A stretch of 64,000 nt of DNA from Betaproteobacteria bacterium (lineage in GTDB: Bacteria; Pseudomonadota; Gammaproteobacteria; Burkholderiales; Casimicrobiaceae): positions 1 through 64,000 of the forward strand of contig JAAFJA010000007.1 in the NCBI GenBank assembly GCA_013298765.1, read 5' to 3'. A program made the position numbers and the translations under genes. This document shows positions 1 through 7,937 of this stretch, piece by piece. Below the pieces are notes generated by a model. It was not told the DNA's origin and ran no database searches. It worked only from the letters and a program-made list of their open reading frames with translations. Position 1 is the stretch's first letter. Every line of letters starts with the position of its first letter.

Positions 1-130
1 GCAATCTCTCGGTTGCGACGCCTCGTGCGACTCAATGTCGCAACGTCTGCTTTGCCTTCGGTACTCTGCATAAAACTCCCTTTCGGTCATCATATGCCTC
101 GTACACAAAATTCAGGATAGGCTCAGCGAG

Positions 131-331
131 GTGGGCGTTGCGCTAGCGAAAAGCATTACCGATGCCGATCGCGACGGATTGAAATTGAATCCTGCAATTA
201 CGATTGAGCATGACGAAAGTGTCACTGAAGCGCTAGCCAAACTTGGAGAAACTAGCCGACTATTGCTCGTTGTAGATCCCAGAAGCCAAAACAGACTCTG
301 TGGAATAGTTTCTCCCTTTGAGTTGATCTAG
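131..331 (+). CDS. small hypothetical protein resembling a single CBS domain (GTG start)
   Basis: 66-codon ORF whose C-terminus (LLLVVDP...LCGIVSPFELI) looks like a CBS motif. Local GC is below the window average. An upstream in-frame stop at about nt 71 means it cannot be the tail of a longer gene. It lies convergent with tatD. Confidence 0.3.
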   Translation: MGVALAKSITDADRDGLKLNPAITIEHDESVTEALAKLGETSRLLLVVDPRSQNRLCGIVSPFELI

Positions 332-1116
332 CGACCAAGCACTCGCCCCACATTCCCCGTCGTCAGCTCCGCAAACGCCTCCGCACTCATCCCCCGCGCC
401 TCCGCGAGCATCGCGCCGATGCGCGCGACGTGCTCGGGTGCGTTGCGCGCACGTGATCCCATCGTTCCGAGAAAGCTGGGCGGAATATCGGGCGCGTCGG
501 TTTCAACGACGATGTGTTCAATCGGCATGTCGCGGAGTAAGCGCCGCACGTTGTTGGCCTGCGGATACGTCGCCGTGCCGCCGAAGCCCAAACAAAACCC
601 CAGCTTCACGAATTCTTCGGCTTGCTGCTGACTGCCGTTGAACGCATGCGCGAAACCGCCGCGCACTTTGATGCGTCGCAAATGTTTGAGCAGATGATCT
701 TGCGAGCGGCGCACGTGCAGTGACACCGGCAGATCGAAATCGCGTGCAATTTTTAATTGCTCAGCGTAGAACCATTCCTGTTCCGCTTGATTGAAATTCG
801 GAATGAAAAAATCAAGCCCGATTTCGCCGATCAGATCCGGCTTCTCGCGCTCGACCCATTCGCGAAGCACCGCAATGTGTTCGCGCGCTGAGAAGCCACC
901 TGGCCCGGCGACCCACATCGGATGGATGCCGTAACCCGTGATGCAGAAATCTTTTCCGTAGCGCTCACGTGTCGATTTTGCTTGCGCAAAGTGATCGACA
1001 TGCCCCGGTAAATTGATGATCGCTTGCACGCCCGCCGCACGTGCACGCGCAACGACTTCATCGCGATCCGCATCAAACTCCGGCGCGTCGAGATGGCAAT
1101 GGCTGTCGATCCACAT
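328..1116 (-). CDS. tatD: TatD-family metal-dependent deoxyribonuclease/hydrolase
   Basis: 262-aa ORF. Its N-terminus MWIDSHCHLD and the HxH...E...H...H...D metal-ligand pattern are typical of TatD/YcfH/YjjV hydrolases. Confidence 0.9.
   Translation of the reverse strand: MWIDSHCHLDAPEFDADRDEVVARARAAGVQAIINLPGHVDHFAQAKSTRERYGKDFCITGYGIHPMWVAGPGGFSAREHIAVLREWVEREKPDLIGEIGLDFFIPNFNQAEQEWFYAEQLKIARDFDLPVSLHVRRSQDHLLKHLRRIKVRGGFAHAFNGSQQQAEEFVKLGFCLGFGGTATYPQANNVRRLLRDMPIEHIVVETDAPDIPPSFLGTMGSRARNAPEHVARIGAMLAEARGMSAEAFAELTTGNVGRVLGR
1087..1116. repeat. 30-bp exact direct repeat, copy A (the tatD start codon region)
   Basis: The string gtcgagatggcaatggctgtcgatccacat is identical at 1087-1116 and 3521-3550. 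Both were read directly from the sequence. Confidence 0.9.
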
Positions 1117-1254
1117 GCTCCGATTGTAGGATTGCCTCTCCCTGTGGGACCAGCCGTAGGCGCAGGACGCAACGCAGTTGCGGTCGGCGAGCTATGCGAG
1201 AGATGCGCTAAAGCGCACAGAGGTCGCGCGGAACGCGCGGGTGAGGGAAATCGC

Positions 1255-1340
1255 ACCTTGGTATACGTTGCTGCAGTGCAGTCGCTTTACCCTCACCCAA
1301 CGCTTTGCGTTGACCTCTCCCAAAAGGGAGAGGTTGGGCG
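1255..1340. repeat. GC-rich REP-like palindromic element (the CTCTCCC...GGGAGAGG / CCCTCACCC family)
   Basis: It contains cctctcccaaaagggagagg and ccctcacccaac. Related copies occur at about 7803-7930, 21296-21376, 40288-40332 and 63045-63175. Confidence 0.7.
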
Positions 1341-1350
1341 GGTTCAACTG

Positions 1351-2109
1351 TCAAAACACACAATCGCGGGGCAAAATCGACTTCTCGATCATCCGATTGC
1401 GCAATCGTTCGCGAAGCATCAACACCGGATTTTTCTCTCCGAGTTCTTGGTTGGGTGCGATCACGCGAATCGTAGGCGCGTTGGCCGCATCGCTTGGCTT
1501 TGCCACGACCAGAAACGCGGAGAGTGCGCTTTGCTCCATCGTGCATCGTGCGTCTCCGCCTTCGAGCGCGCCAGCTTCGAGCGCGTTGAGCAAGGCAACG
1601 GCGAGGCCGCAGGATTTTGGCGTGCTCAGATAATGCGCAAGCGTTTTGTCGAGCACATCGGTGCTCGCGAGGATGTTGCCTTGCACGGATACGCCATCGG
1701 CCGAGCGCGCGCCGCGTGCGTGCGAGGTGAAATGGCCGGTGAAACTCGCAGTCGTTGGTTTGCCTTCTTGAAGCGTGACGACGCCATATTGCCGAGTTTG
1801 CCGGATGAGCGCGATGCTTTGATCGACATGCGTTGAGGTGATCGCTCCAACGATCGCGTTCGCGGCGCTGCCTTCGCGCAGCATCTTGCTCGCGTGATCG
1901 CGCCCTTCGTTGCTGGTCAAACCCTGCGCGACGACCGCGCCTTTGCCCGGAACGACGCGGGCAATCACGGCGACATCCGGGAAGCAGGTTGCGCCAGCAG
2001 CGCCAACTTCGCCGGTTTCGGGGTCGACTGCGACAATGCTCCAAGTCGCTGAGGCAACGAACGGCAACAACGCGACAAAGGGCGCGCTCCATCTAAACCA
2101 CGGTTTCAT
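1351..2109 (-). CDS. DUF1028-family secreted protein (Ntn-hydrolase-like fold)
   Basis: 252-aa ORF with a signal peptide (MKPWFRWSAPFVALLPFVASA). The segment TWSIVAVDPETGEVGAAGATC matches the conserved DUF1028 N-terminal motif (T-FSIVA-D). Confidence 0.8.
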   Translation of the reverse strand: MKPWFRWSAPFVALLPFVASATWSIVAVDPETGEVGAAGATCFPDVAVIARVVPGKGAVVAQGLTSNEGRDHASKMLREGSAANAIVGAITSTHVDQSIALIRQTRQYGVVTLQEGKPTTASFTGHFTSHARGARSADGVSVQGNILASTDVLDKTLAHYLSTPKSCGLAVALLNALEAGALEGGDARCTMEQSALSAFLVVAKPSDAANAPTIRVIAPNQELGEKNPVLMLRERLRNRMIEKSILPRDCVF

Positions 2110-2216
2110 AGTTTCTCCTGATTCGAAACGAACAGGTCGAAATCTAGAGAGCGCGGGAAGTGGCGTCCTCGCAAAACCAAAAAACTTCGCTCAAAACCCG
2201 AAATAAGGAGATATTT

Positions 2217-3293
2217 TTAGTTTTGAGGGGTAGTAGGTGCGTTTTCGAGCACTTTTTTGCGGTAATCCGTCGGTGTCACGCCTTCGAGCGCCTTAAAAAC
2301 GCGGTTGAACGTGGCAAGTGACGCGAAACCTGAATCCATTGATATTCGAAGGATTTGTTGCCGCGCTTTTTCCGGATCGGCAAGCGCAACCTTCGCGTGC
2401 GCGATTCGCAAGCCCGTTACGTAGCTCGAAAAATTCCGATGCCCGAGCCCACGATTGATGAGCGCGCGCAACTGGTGTTCGGGAACGCCCACGCGCTTGG
2501 CCAGCGAACCGACACTCAGTTCGGGATCGAGAAACGCGCGACCGGTTTCCATTTCGGCGTTCAGCCTGCCCAGGACGGCCTGATCGCGTGGATCAATCGC
2601 GTGCTCGACCGGCGCTTTTGACGTTTCAAGCAGCGTCGTTTCGAACACCAAGGCTTCGTGCGAAAACTTAGCCAGCCAGAACAGCACCAGAAGCGTCGCA
2701 CCAAACGCAAAGAATGCGCGCAGGATATTGCCCGCTTCCACGTTATCGATTTCTTCCGCCAGCAACGACGCGACGATAGCGAAAGCGATCACCGCAACGA
2801 TCCAAAGTCGAAAACGCCGACGTTCCTCCAGCAAATCGTCGCGAAAGCCCGAGATTGCCATCCACAGCATGTGCGCGCAAAGCACGAGCGGTGGAACGAT
2901 ACCCACGTTGAGGACGAACGCTGGCCATTGCTGAACCATTGCGCCGAGCGAATGCAAAAAGTAATACGTGGGAAATACGCAAGCCGCAATCAAACCGAAC
3001 CACTGCAAGCCAGCGATTCGAAAACGATCATCGAGCAACGAGCAAGCGAACCACCAACACAGCCCAACCGAAGGAATACTCAACGCACGCGCAACGTTGC
3101 TCCAAGACGAAGGCAGCGCTAAAGCCGAGGGCAGCAGCCAGAGATAGCCGAAGCCCACCGAAATCATCAAGGCGATAAGCAAGAGCAGTGGCTTTGAGCG
3201 ATGCCCCGCGAAGATGCCTCTCGCGAGCAATCCGCCGACGATGAGCGAAACAATCGTGACGCCAATCGTCGGGAAAACTTGAAGAAGAAGCAT
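2217..3293 (-). CDS. membrane-anchored AraC-family transcriptional regulator
   Basis: 358-aa ORF. The N-terminal about 200 aa form multiple hydrophobic transmembrane helices. The C-terminal about 100 aa form the AraC/XylS double HTH (LAKRVGVPEHQLRALINRGLGHRNFSSYVTGLRIAHAK...SLATFNRVFKALEGVTPTDYRK). Confidence 0.8.
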   Translation of the reverse strand: MLLLQVFPTIGVTIVSLIVGGLLARGIFAGHRSKPLLLLIALMISVGFGYLWLLPSALALPSSWSNVARALSIPSVGLCWWFACSLLDDRFRIAGLQWFGLIAACVFPTYYFLHSLGAMVQQWPAFVLNVGIVPPLVLCAHMLWMAISGFRDDLLEERRRFRLWIVAVIAFAIVASLLAEEIDNVEAGNILRAFFAFGATLLVLFWLAKFSHEALVFETTLLETSKAPVEHAIDPRDQAVLGRLNAEMETGRAFLDPELSVGSLAKRVGVPEHQLRALINRGLGHRNFSSYVTGLRIAHAKVALADPEKARQQILRISMDSGFASLATFNRVFKALEGVTPTDYRKKVLENAPTTPQN

Positions 3294-3520
3294 GAGTTCG
3301 CGACGCGCGTGGTTACAAAGTAATCGTGATGGACTACGAATGTAACAACGCGAAGCTAGTGATTACGTCTTTTGCCAAAGATTTACACAGAAGTTCTAGA
3401 TGCCGAATCAAAGCGGCTTGTTGCGCGCGGCGCGGTGTTGCTCGGATGTTTTTTTGACGCAGATTACGCAGATGAATCAGTTGATTTACGCAGATTTTTC
3501 ACGAGCGCTTCGCGCGGCTA

Positions 3521-3550
3521 GTCGAGATGGCAATGGCTGTCGATCCACAT
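3521..3550. repeat. 30-bp exact direct repeat, copy B (a tatD 5'-end remnant)
   Basis: Identical to 1087-1116. On the minus strand it reads ATG TGG ATC GAC AGC CAT TGC CAT CTC GAC TAG, which translates to MWIDSHCHLD followed by a stop. It is therefore an orphan 10-codon copy of the tatD start. Confidence 0.9.
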
Positions 3551-3568
3551 TTAGCGAGAACTGCAAGA

Positions 3569-4075
3569 CTACTCTGCGGCCTTGAGTTCCTCGATAATCC
3601 TTGCGCTACGCGCCCTAATGCGCTCCATCATTGGTGGCATTAGCGATTGCATCATCGGGGCTGATTGCGATATCACCTGCGGTGCTTTCTGCGCAAACGC
3701 AATGCCCGCTGGCGAACGATAAAAGTCGCGAATTCCGCGCAATTCATCTAACGTATAAACAGTCGCATAGGCGTCCAGCATCGAAGCTTTTACCTTGCCA
3801 AGAAAATCCGCGCCCATCATGTCATCAGTAAATTCCGTCATATGGCGCTGCAAAATTTCCTGCTGCTTGGAGTTGAGCTTTTGACCACTGACTTGTTTTT
3901 GCAAGTTTTGTAGCGTGGGGGTCATGAGTTGTCGCACGCTTTGGGCCAGTGACTCGCTCGCGGTCAGATCCAAAACTTCTTGTGCAAGTTGTTTCGCTTC
4001 TGCCGAGGGCTGCGCATATGAAGGGGCGCTTGTGGCGAGAAGAAACGATGCGAGGAGTAGAGCGCGTAGTTTCAT
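3569..4075 (-). CDS. DUF2059-family periplasmic protein
   Basis: 168-aa ORF with a signal peptide (MKLRALLLASFLLATSAPSYA). It is helical and Q/L-rich, with the LDELRGIRDFYRSPAG motif typical of DUF2059. Confidence 0.7.
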   Translation of the reverse strand: MKLRALLLASFLLATSAPSYAQPSAEAKQLAQEVLDLTASESLAQSVRQLMTPTLQNLQKQVSGQKLNSKQQEILQRHMTEFTDDMMGADFLGKVKASMLDAYATVYTLDELRGIRDFYRSPAGIAFAQKAPQVISQSAPMMQSLMPPMMERIRARSARIIEELKAAE

Positions 4076-4136
4076 GTATTTCCTTTAATCGATTCGCCAA
4101 ACTGAAACAAGTGAGAGCGTAGCGGATTTCAACCGA

Positions 4137-5765
4137 TCAAATGGCAATAGCGTTGAAACTCAACCCAAACCGCGCCAAATACTTGCGCAACCGATCCGCG
4201 TCGTTCACTTCGCTTCGCTCTTCGCGCGAGACGTTGTAGAGCTTGCGACCCGCATCCGAGAGCGTGCGGCTTTGTTTGCACACGCGAATTACCGCTTCGA
4301 GTTGCAGGCGATCGAAGAGATCGAGTTTTGCGAGTGCGGCTTCGTCGACATAGCGTTCGAGCTCGACGCTTTGCGCGTTGCTCGTCGATGCGTCTTTCGC
4401 CCAAAGCCATTTGAGCCGCTCGATTTCCGCATCGACCACGGCCTCGGTGATGCGCCCGCCGTCGGCGAGTGTGGCCATGCGAGTCACACTTGCGGATAGA
4501 TCACGAAAATTGCCTCTCCACGCGCCATTTACACCGGACGCGAAGCTCATATAACGCTTTTTCGCTTCTACATTGAATCGAGCCTGTTGCCCGATATCTT
4601 TTGGGCTAAGTGACAATAGGTAATCTACGTTCGGCTCAATGTCTTCGGGTCGCTCGGCAAGGCCGGGCAAGGTGTAACTCCAGAGATTGATCCGCGCGAA
4701 CAAATCCTCTCGAAACTCGCCGCGCGCGACCGCATCGCGCAGATCGAGATTGGTGCCTGCGATCAACTGGAAATCGCTCGCAACTTCTTTGTCTGCACCG
4801 ACTGGATAGAAGCGTTTGTCTTCAATCGCTTTGAGCAGCATCGCTTGTTCATCAAGCCCGAGCGTGCCGATCTCATCGAGAAAGAGCACGCCTTTGTCAG
4901 CGCTGCGAAGCAAGCCCGCGCGATCGGCCATCGCGCCCGTGAACGCGCCCTTTTTGTGACCGAACAAGGTGGACGCGGCGCCGTCGCCCATGAGCGTTGC
5001 GCAATTCACTTCAACGAATTCGCCAGTGACGTTGTGTCGCTCTTTCTTCAATTCGTAAATGCGCTTCGCGAGGAAACTTTTCCCCGCGCCGGTGGGGCCG
5101 GTCAGCAACACTGGCGCACTTGATCGCAGCGCCACGTGTTCAATCTCATCGATCAAGGCGTTGAAGCGTTTGTTCTTCGTTGCGATGCCGCTTTTCAAGT
5201 AGCGCTTCGCATCGTCCGTCGCGATCGCAAAGCGTTTCGCAATCGCGTCATAGCGCGAAAGATCAAGATCGATCAGCGCATAGCTGCCCGGATCGCCTTC
5301 GCGCTGCGGGCGTGGCGGCGCGGTTTGCAGGAGCACACCCGGTAGCACGCGCGCCTCTGCAAGCAAGAACAAACAAATCTGCGCGACGTGCGTGCCCGTC
5401 GTGATGTGAATCCAATAATCCGATTGCTCCGGATCAAGCTTCTGCGCATGCGCCCAATCAAAGAGCGCGCCATACATCTCACCGAAATCCCAAGGATCGC
5501 GCACGGGCAGCGCATGCAAGGTGACGCGCGTATCCGGGCTCACGAGCGCGATGTCTGCCACCACTTGCTCCGCAATCCGCTCATGCCCCGGCGAATGCAA
5601 CAGCTCAATCGCATCAATCGCGACATCTTCGTGCTGCACGATAGAAATGGTCGGCCGCCACTTTTGCCAACGACCACGACCGCCGCCTGCATCAAGCTGC
5701 GAGCCTAGGAAGCCGATGACGGTGGTGGGTTTGGTGGTTGGTTGTGACACTCTTTGCTGCTCCAT
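4137..5765 (-). CDS. rtcR: sigma54-dependent transcriptional activator RtcR (CARF-like N-terminal domain + AAA+ domain + C-terminal HTH)
   Basis: Collinear with E. coli RtcR throughout (WRPT, HITTGTHVAQIC, IDLDLSRY, GPTGAGKSF, GAFTGA, FLDEIG, ATWRGNFRELSASVTRMAT, NDADRLRKYLARFGL). The start was chosen at MEQQRV (5765). An alternative upstream ATG lies at 5798. Confidence 0.9.
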   Translation of the reverse strand: MEQQRVSQPTTKPTTVIGFLGSQLDAGGGRGRWQKWRPTISIVQHEDVAIDAIELLHSPGHERIAEQVVADIALVSPDTRVTLHALPVRDPWDFGEMYGALFDWAHAQKLDPEQSDYWIHITTGTHVAQICLFLLAEARVLPGVLLQTAPPRPQREGDPGSYALIDLDLSRYDAIAKRFAIATDDAKRYLKSGIATKNKRFNALIDEIEHVALRSSAPVLLTGPTGAGKSFLAKRIYELKKERHNVTGEFVEVNCATLMGDGAASTLFGHKKGAFTGAMADRAGLLRSADKGVLFLDEIGTLGLDEQAMLLKAIEDKRFYPVGADKEVASDFQLIAGTNLDLRDAVARGEFREDLFARINLWSYTLPGLAERPEDIEPNVDYLLSLSPKDIGQQARFNVEAKKRYMSFASGVNGAWRGNFRDLSASVTRMATLADGGRITEAVVDAEIERLKWLWAKDASTSNAQSVELERYVDEAALAKLDLFDRLQLEAVIRVCKQSRTLSDAGRKLYNVSREERSEVNDADRLRKYLARFGLSFNAIAI

Positions 5766-5815
5766 GCTCCCTCTAGTGCTGGGTTCCTTGCACCACACCT
5801 CAATCTGTCATCCCC

Positions 5816-5914
5816 GCGGAGGCGGGGACCCAGACCGAGACGGTCGAGAAACTACGATCATTTGATCAACAGCAATCTGCCCGGTCTGGGTTCCCGCCTT
5901 CGCGGGAATGACGA
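5816..5914. repeat. inverted-repeat pair of GC-rich palindromic units (tgtcatccccgcggaggcggggacccagaccg / cggtctgggttcccgccttcgcgggaatgacg)
   Basis: Arms of 32 nt at 5816-5847 and 5882-5914 are reverse complements with 3-4 mismatches. Each arm is itself palindromic (CCCGCG..GCGGG). The pair lies in the rtcR / rtc-operon divergent intergenic region. Confidence 0.75.
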
Positions 5915-6064
5915 CAGCGGGTTAGCTATTTTGCTATTGAACGTGCTTTCAAGCTAGTTGCGCAGTGAATTGACTCACGTGCGGCGCCAGCAAACGTGAG
6001 CAAATCAGAAAAGTAATTAAATAAATCAATGGTTTACGGTTGGCAGCCGCTGCGATACACGATC

Positions 6065-6080
6065 TGGCACGCTCGCTGCA
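6065..6080 (+). promoter_or_regulatory. sigma54 (RpoN) -24/-12 promoter for the RtcR-controlled operon
   Basis: The sequence is cTGGCACgctcgcTGCAa. The GG sits at 6066-6067 and the GC at 6078-6079, giving the canonical 12-nt spacing. It matches TGGCACG-N4-TTGCW apart from a single T-to-C change. It lies about 300 nt upstream of the divergent rtcR and points toward the SPFH-ankyrin-rtcB genes. Confidence 0.75.
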
Positions 6081-6091
6081 ATAAGAAAAGC

Positions 6092-6655
6092 GTCAAACAG
6101 AAAACATGATGCGCTTACAGGTTCTAGGGGTTTGCTCCCCACCGGTGCGCGATGCCTCGAATGGTTCGAGTTGCGTGTTGCGTATGCCGCCGCATGTGGA
6201 CTGCTTGATATGAAGTTCTCTTGGTGACAGCGGCAACGCTGTTGGGTTCGATTCCCTTGAATTTCTCCTTTTGGATAGCTCAATCGGCAGAGCAATCGAC
6301 CACGAATCGATATGTAGCGGGTTCGAATCCCGTTCCAAAACCTGGCCTGAAACGCCATGATGAAACCCGAGCCGCAAGGCTCACCGCCGAATGCAGATCG
6401 GCAACGCGGACAACGAAGCATCGAAACACGAAAGCGAATCGATGCTGCGGTGGAAGCGAAGGCGATTTGTCAGCCCGCGCGCTCTGCGATATGCGAGAGG
6501 CGAGGACGAACGGCACGGCAGCGTTGTTAGTAACGCGTTCGATGCAGTTTGATCGAACGCGAAGCAAGCGACAACACCGTTGCTCAACGTTCAACGCAAG
6601 CGAATCCCGCGAGCGGACTGTAACGGCAACACTCACGAATAAAGAAAGAACAACA
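6092..6655 (+). ncRNA. structured 5' leader / candidate ncRNA region between the sigma54 promoter and the first CDS
   Basis: About 560 nt with no convincing CDS. The overlapping ORF translation is low-complexity and R/T-rich. The region contains the tRNA-like element and several perfect hairpins (GCATCGA..TCGATGC at 6419-6446; CGTTCGAT..ATCGAACG at 6536-6559). Confidence 0.4.
6269..6341 (+). tRNA. tRNA-like cloverleaf, Arg(ACG)-type but atypical; a possible pseudo-tRNA or Y-RNA-like tRNA mimic in the rtc operon leader
   Basis: Manual fold. The acceptor stem TTTTGGA/TCCAAAA has 7 bp. Positions 8-9 are U8 and A9. The D-arm is GCTC-AATCGGCA-GAGC and includes GG. The anticodon stem is ATCGA/TCGAT with loop CCACGAA, so the anticodon is ACG but position 33 is C rather than U. 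The variable loop is ATGTA. The T-arm is GCGGG-TTCGAAT-CCCGT. The discriminator is C and no CCA is encoded. The AT-rich acceptor stem is anomalous for this GC-rich genome. Confidence 0.5.
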
Positions 6656-7795
6656 ATGATGAATCTAAACAAAATCAATGTGCGCAAAACCGAACGTGCA
6701 GTACTTTTGCGCAATGGCGATTTCGAGCGCGTGCTCGCGCCGGGTCAATACTGGTTTCCTACGCTCTTCGACAAGATTGTCGTGGAGCGAAAAGAGGTAG
6801 CACAGCCACTCTACATCGGCGCTGCTGCTGACTACCTGCTCGCAACGCCTACCGATTCGGCAAACGAGCACTTCGTGCGTGTTGAATTGAACGATACGCA
6901 AGCTGGCTTGTTGTACGAAAACGATTCGCTCGTCGAACTTTTGCCGCCTGCGACGCGTCGCTTGTATTGGAAGACTTCGGCAAACGTGCGCGTTGAAACC
7001 GTTGAGCTTTCGGGTGAAGGCGAGCTTGCGAAAGACTTGGTTGCAAAGATCACGCATTCGCAATTGAAGCGTCGCGCGGTTGCTGGTTTGCAAGCGGTGT
7101 TGCAAGTGCAAGTGCCGGAATACAACATCGGCTTGCTTGTGATCGACGGGAAACTTGTTCGCATGCTGGAAGCGGGTTCGTATGCGTTTTGGCGATTTAA
7201 CCGTAGCGTTACGGTGGAGTTCGTCGATTTGCGTGTGCAAGCGCTTGAAGTCACCGGTCAAGAAATCTTGACGCGAGACAAAGTGGCGCTACGACTCAAC
7301 CTGGGCGCAACGTGGCGTTATGCGGACGTGTTGAAAGCGTTCGCGATGACTGCGAAACCGTTGGATAACCTCTATCGCGAATTGCAGTTTGCATTGCGCG
7401 CCGCAGTGGGCACGCAATCGCTCGACGAGTTGCTGGAAAACAAAACGGCACTCAATGAGAAGGTTAAAGTCGCAGTGCGCGAGCGCATGGCGAGCGCAGG
7501 TATCGCGCTTGAGGCAGTGGGTGTGAAAGACATCATCCTGCCTGGCGAGATGAAAGCGATCCTCGCGCAAGTCGTAGAAGCGGAAAAAGTCGCGCAAGCC
7601 AACTTGATCCGTCGCCGCGAAGAAACCGCTGCATCGCGCTCGCTCTTGAACACAGCGAAAGTGATGGAAGACAACCCAGTGGCGCTACGCTTGAAAGAGC
7701 TAGAAACCCTGGAACGCGTCGCGGAACGCATCGACAAAATCTCCGTGTTTGGAGGTTTGGACGGTGTGTTGAACGCGTTGGCGAAAGTGAAGTAG
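6656..7795 (+). CDS. SPFH/band-7 (stomatin/flotillin-like) domain protein
   Basis: About 379 aa starting at the ATGATG after aaagaaagaacaaca. The SPFH domain is indicated by the pattern LYENDSL..RRLYW... and long coiled-coil/EA-rich helices (ILAQVVEAEKVAQANLIRRREE). No N-terminal TM segment is evident. Confidence 0.75.
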   Translation: MMNLNKINVRKTERAVLLRNGDFERVLAPGQYWFPTLFDKIVVERKEVAQPLYIGAAADYLLATPTDSANEHFVRVELNDTQAGLLYENDSLVELLPPATRRLYWKTSANVRVETVELSGEGELAKDLVAKITHSQLKRRAVAGLQAVLQVQVPEYNIGLLVIDGKLVRMLEAGSYAFWRFNRSVTVEFVDLRVQALEVTGQEILTRDKVALRLNLGATWRYADVLKAFAMTAKPLDNLYRELQFALRAAVGTQSLDELLENKTALNEKVKVAVRERMASAGIALEAVGVKDIILPGEMKAILAQVVEAEKVAQANLIRRREETAASRSLLNTAKVMEDNPVALRLKELETLERVAERIDKISVFGGLDGVLNALAKVK

Positions 7796-7802
7796 CCTCG
7801 TC

Positions 7803-7930
7803 AACGAGTGATTCCCTCCCCTTCAAGGGGAGGGTCAGGGTGGGGATAGTTTTCTCTGCCTCCTATCGACCGAAAACCATTCCCCTCCTAGCCTCCCCGT
7901 TGAAGGGTGAGGAACCCGCAAAGCATCGGA
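7803..7930. repeat. REP-like GC-rich palindromic element (two units)
   Basis: It contains ccctccccttcaaggggagggtcagggtgggg and cctccccgttgaagggtgagg, which belong to the same family as 1255-1340 and 40288-40332. Confidence 0.7.
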
Positions 7931-7937
7931 TCAGCGC

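Noticed and set aside
1208-2092. 294-aa Arg-rich ORF on the minus strand, plus a 270-aa ORF on the plus strand (1024-1836), overlapping the DUF1028 gene
   Set aside because: They are frame-shadow ORFs typical of high-GC DNA. Composition is low-complexity (R/A/S-rich) and there are no motifs. The DUF1028 reading frame has clear family motifs.
6241-6258. Second putative T-arm-like motif (GGGTTCGATTCCC) about 30 nt upstream of the tRNA-like element
   Set aside because: Only a 3-bp stem can form, and no D or anticodon arms could be built around it. It could still be part of a larger Y-RNA-like fold, but that is not supportable by eye.
6221-6655. N-terminal extension of 145 codons of the SPFH ORF in the ORF track
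   Set aside because: The translation is low-complexity (RT-rich) with no Shine-Dalgarno or motif. The region is better explained as a structured RNA leader containing the tRNA-like element. The start was placed at 6656.
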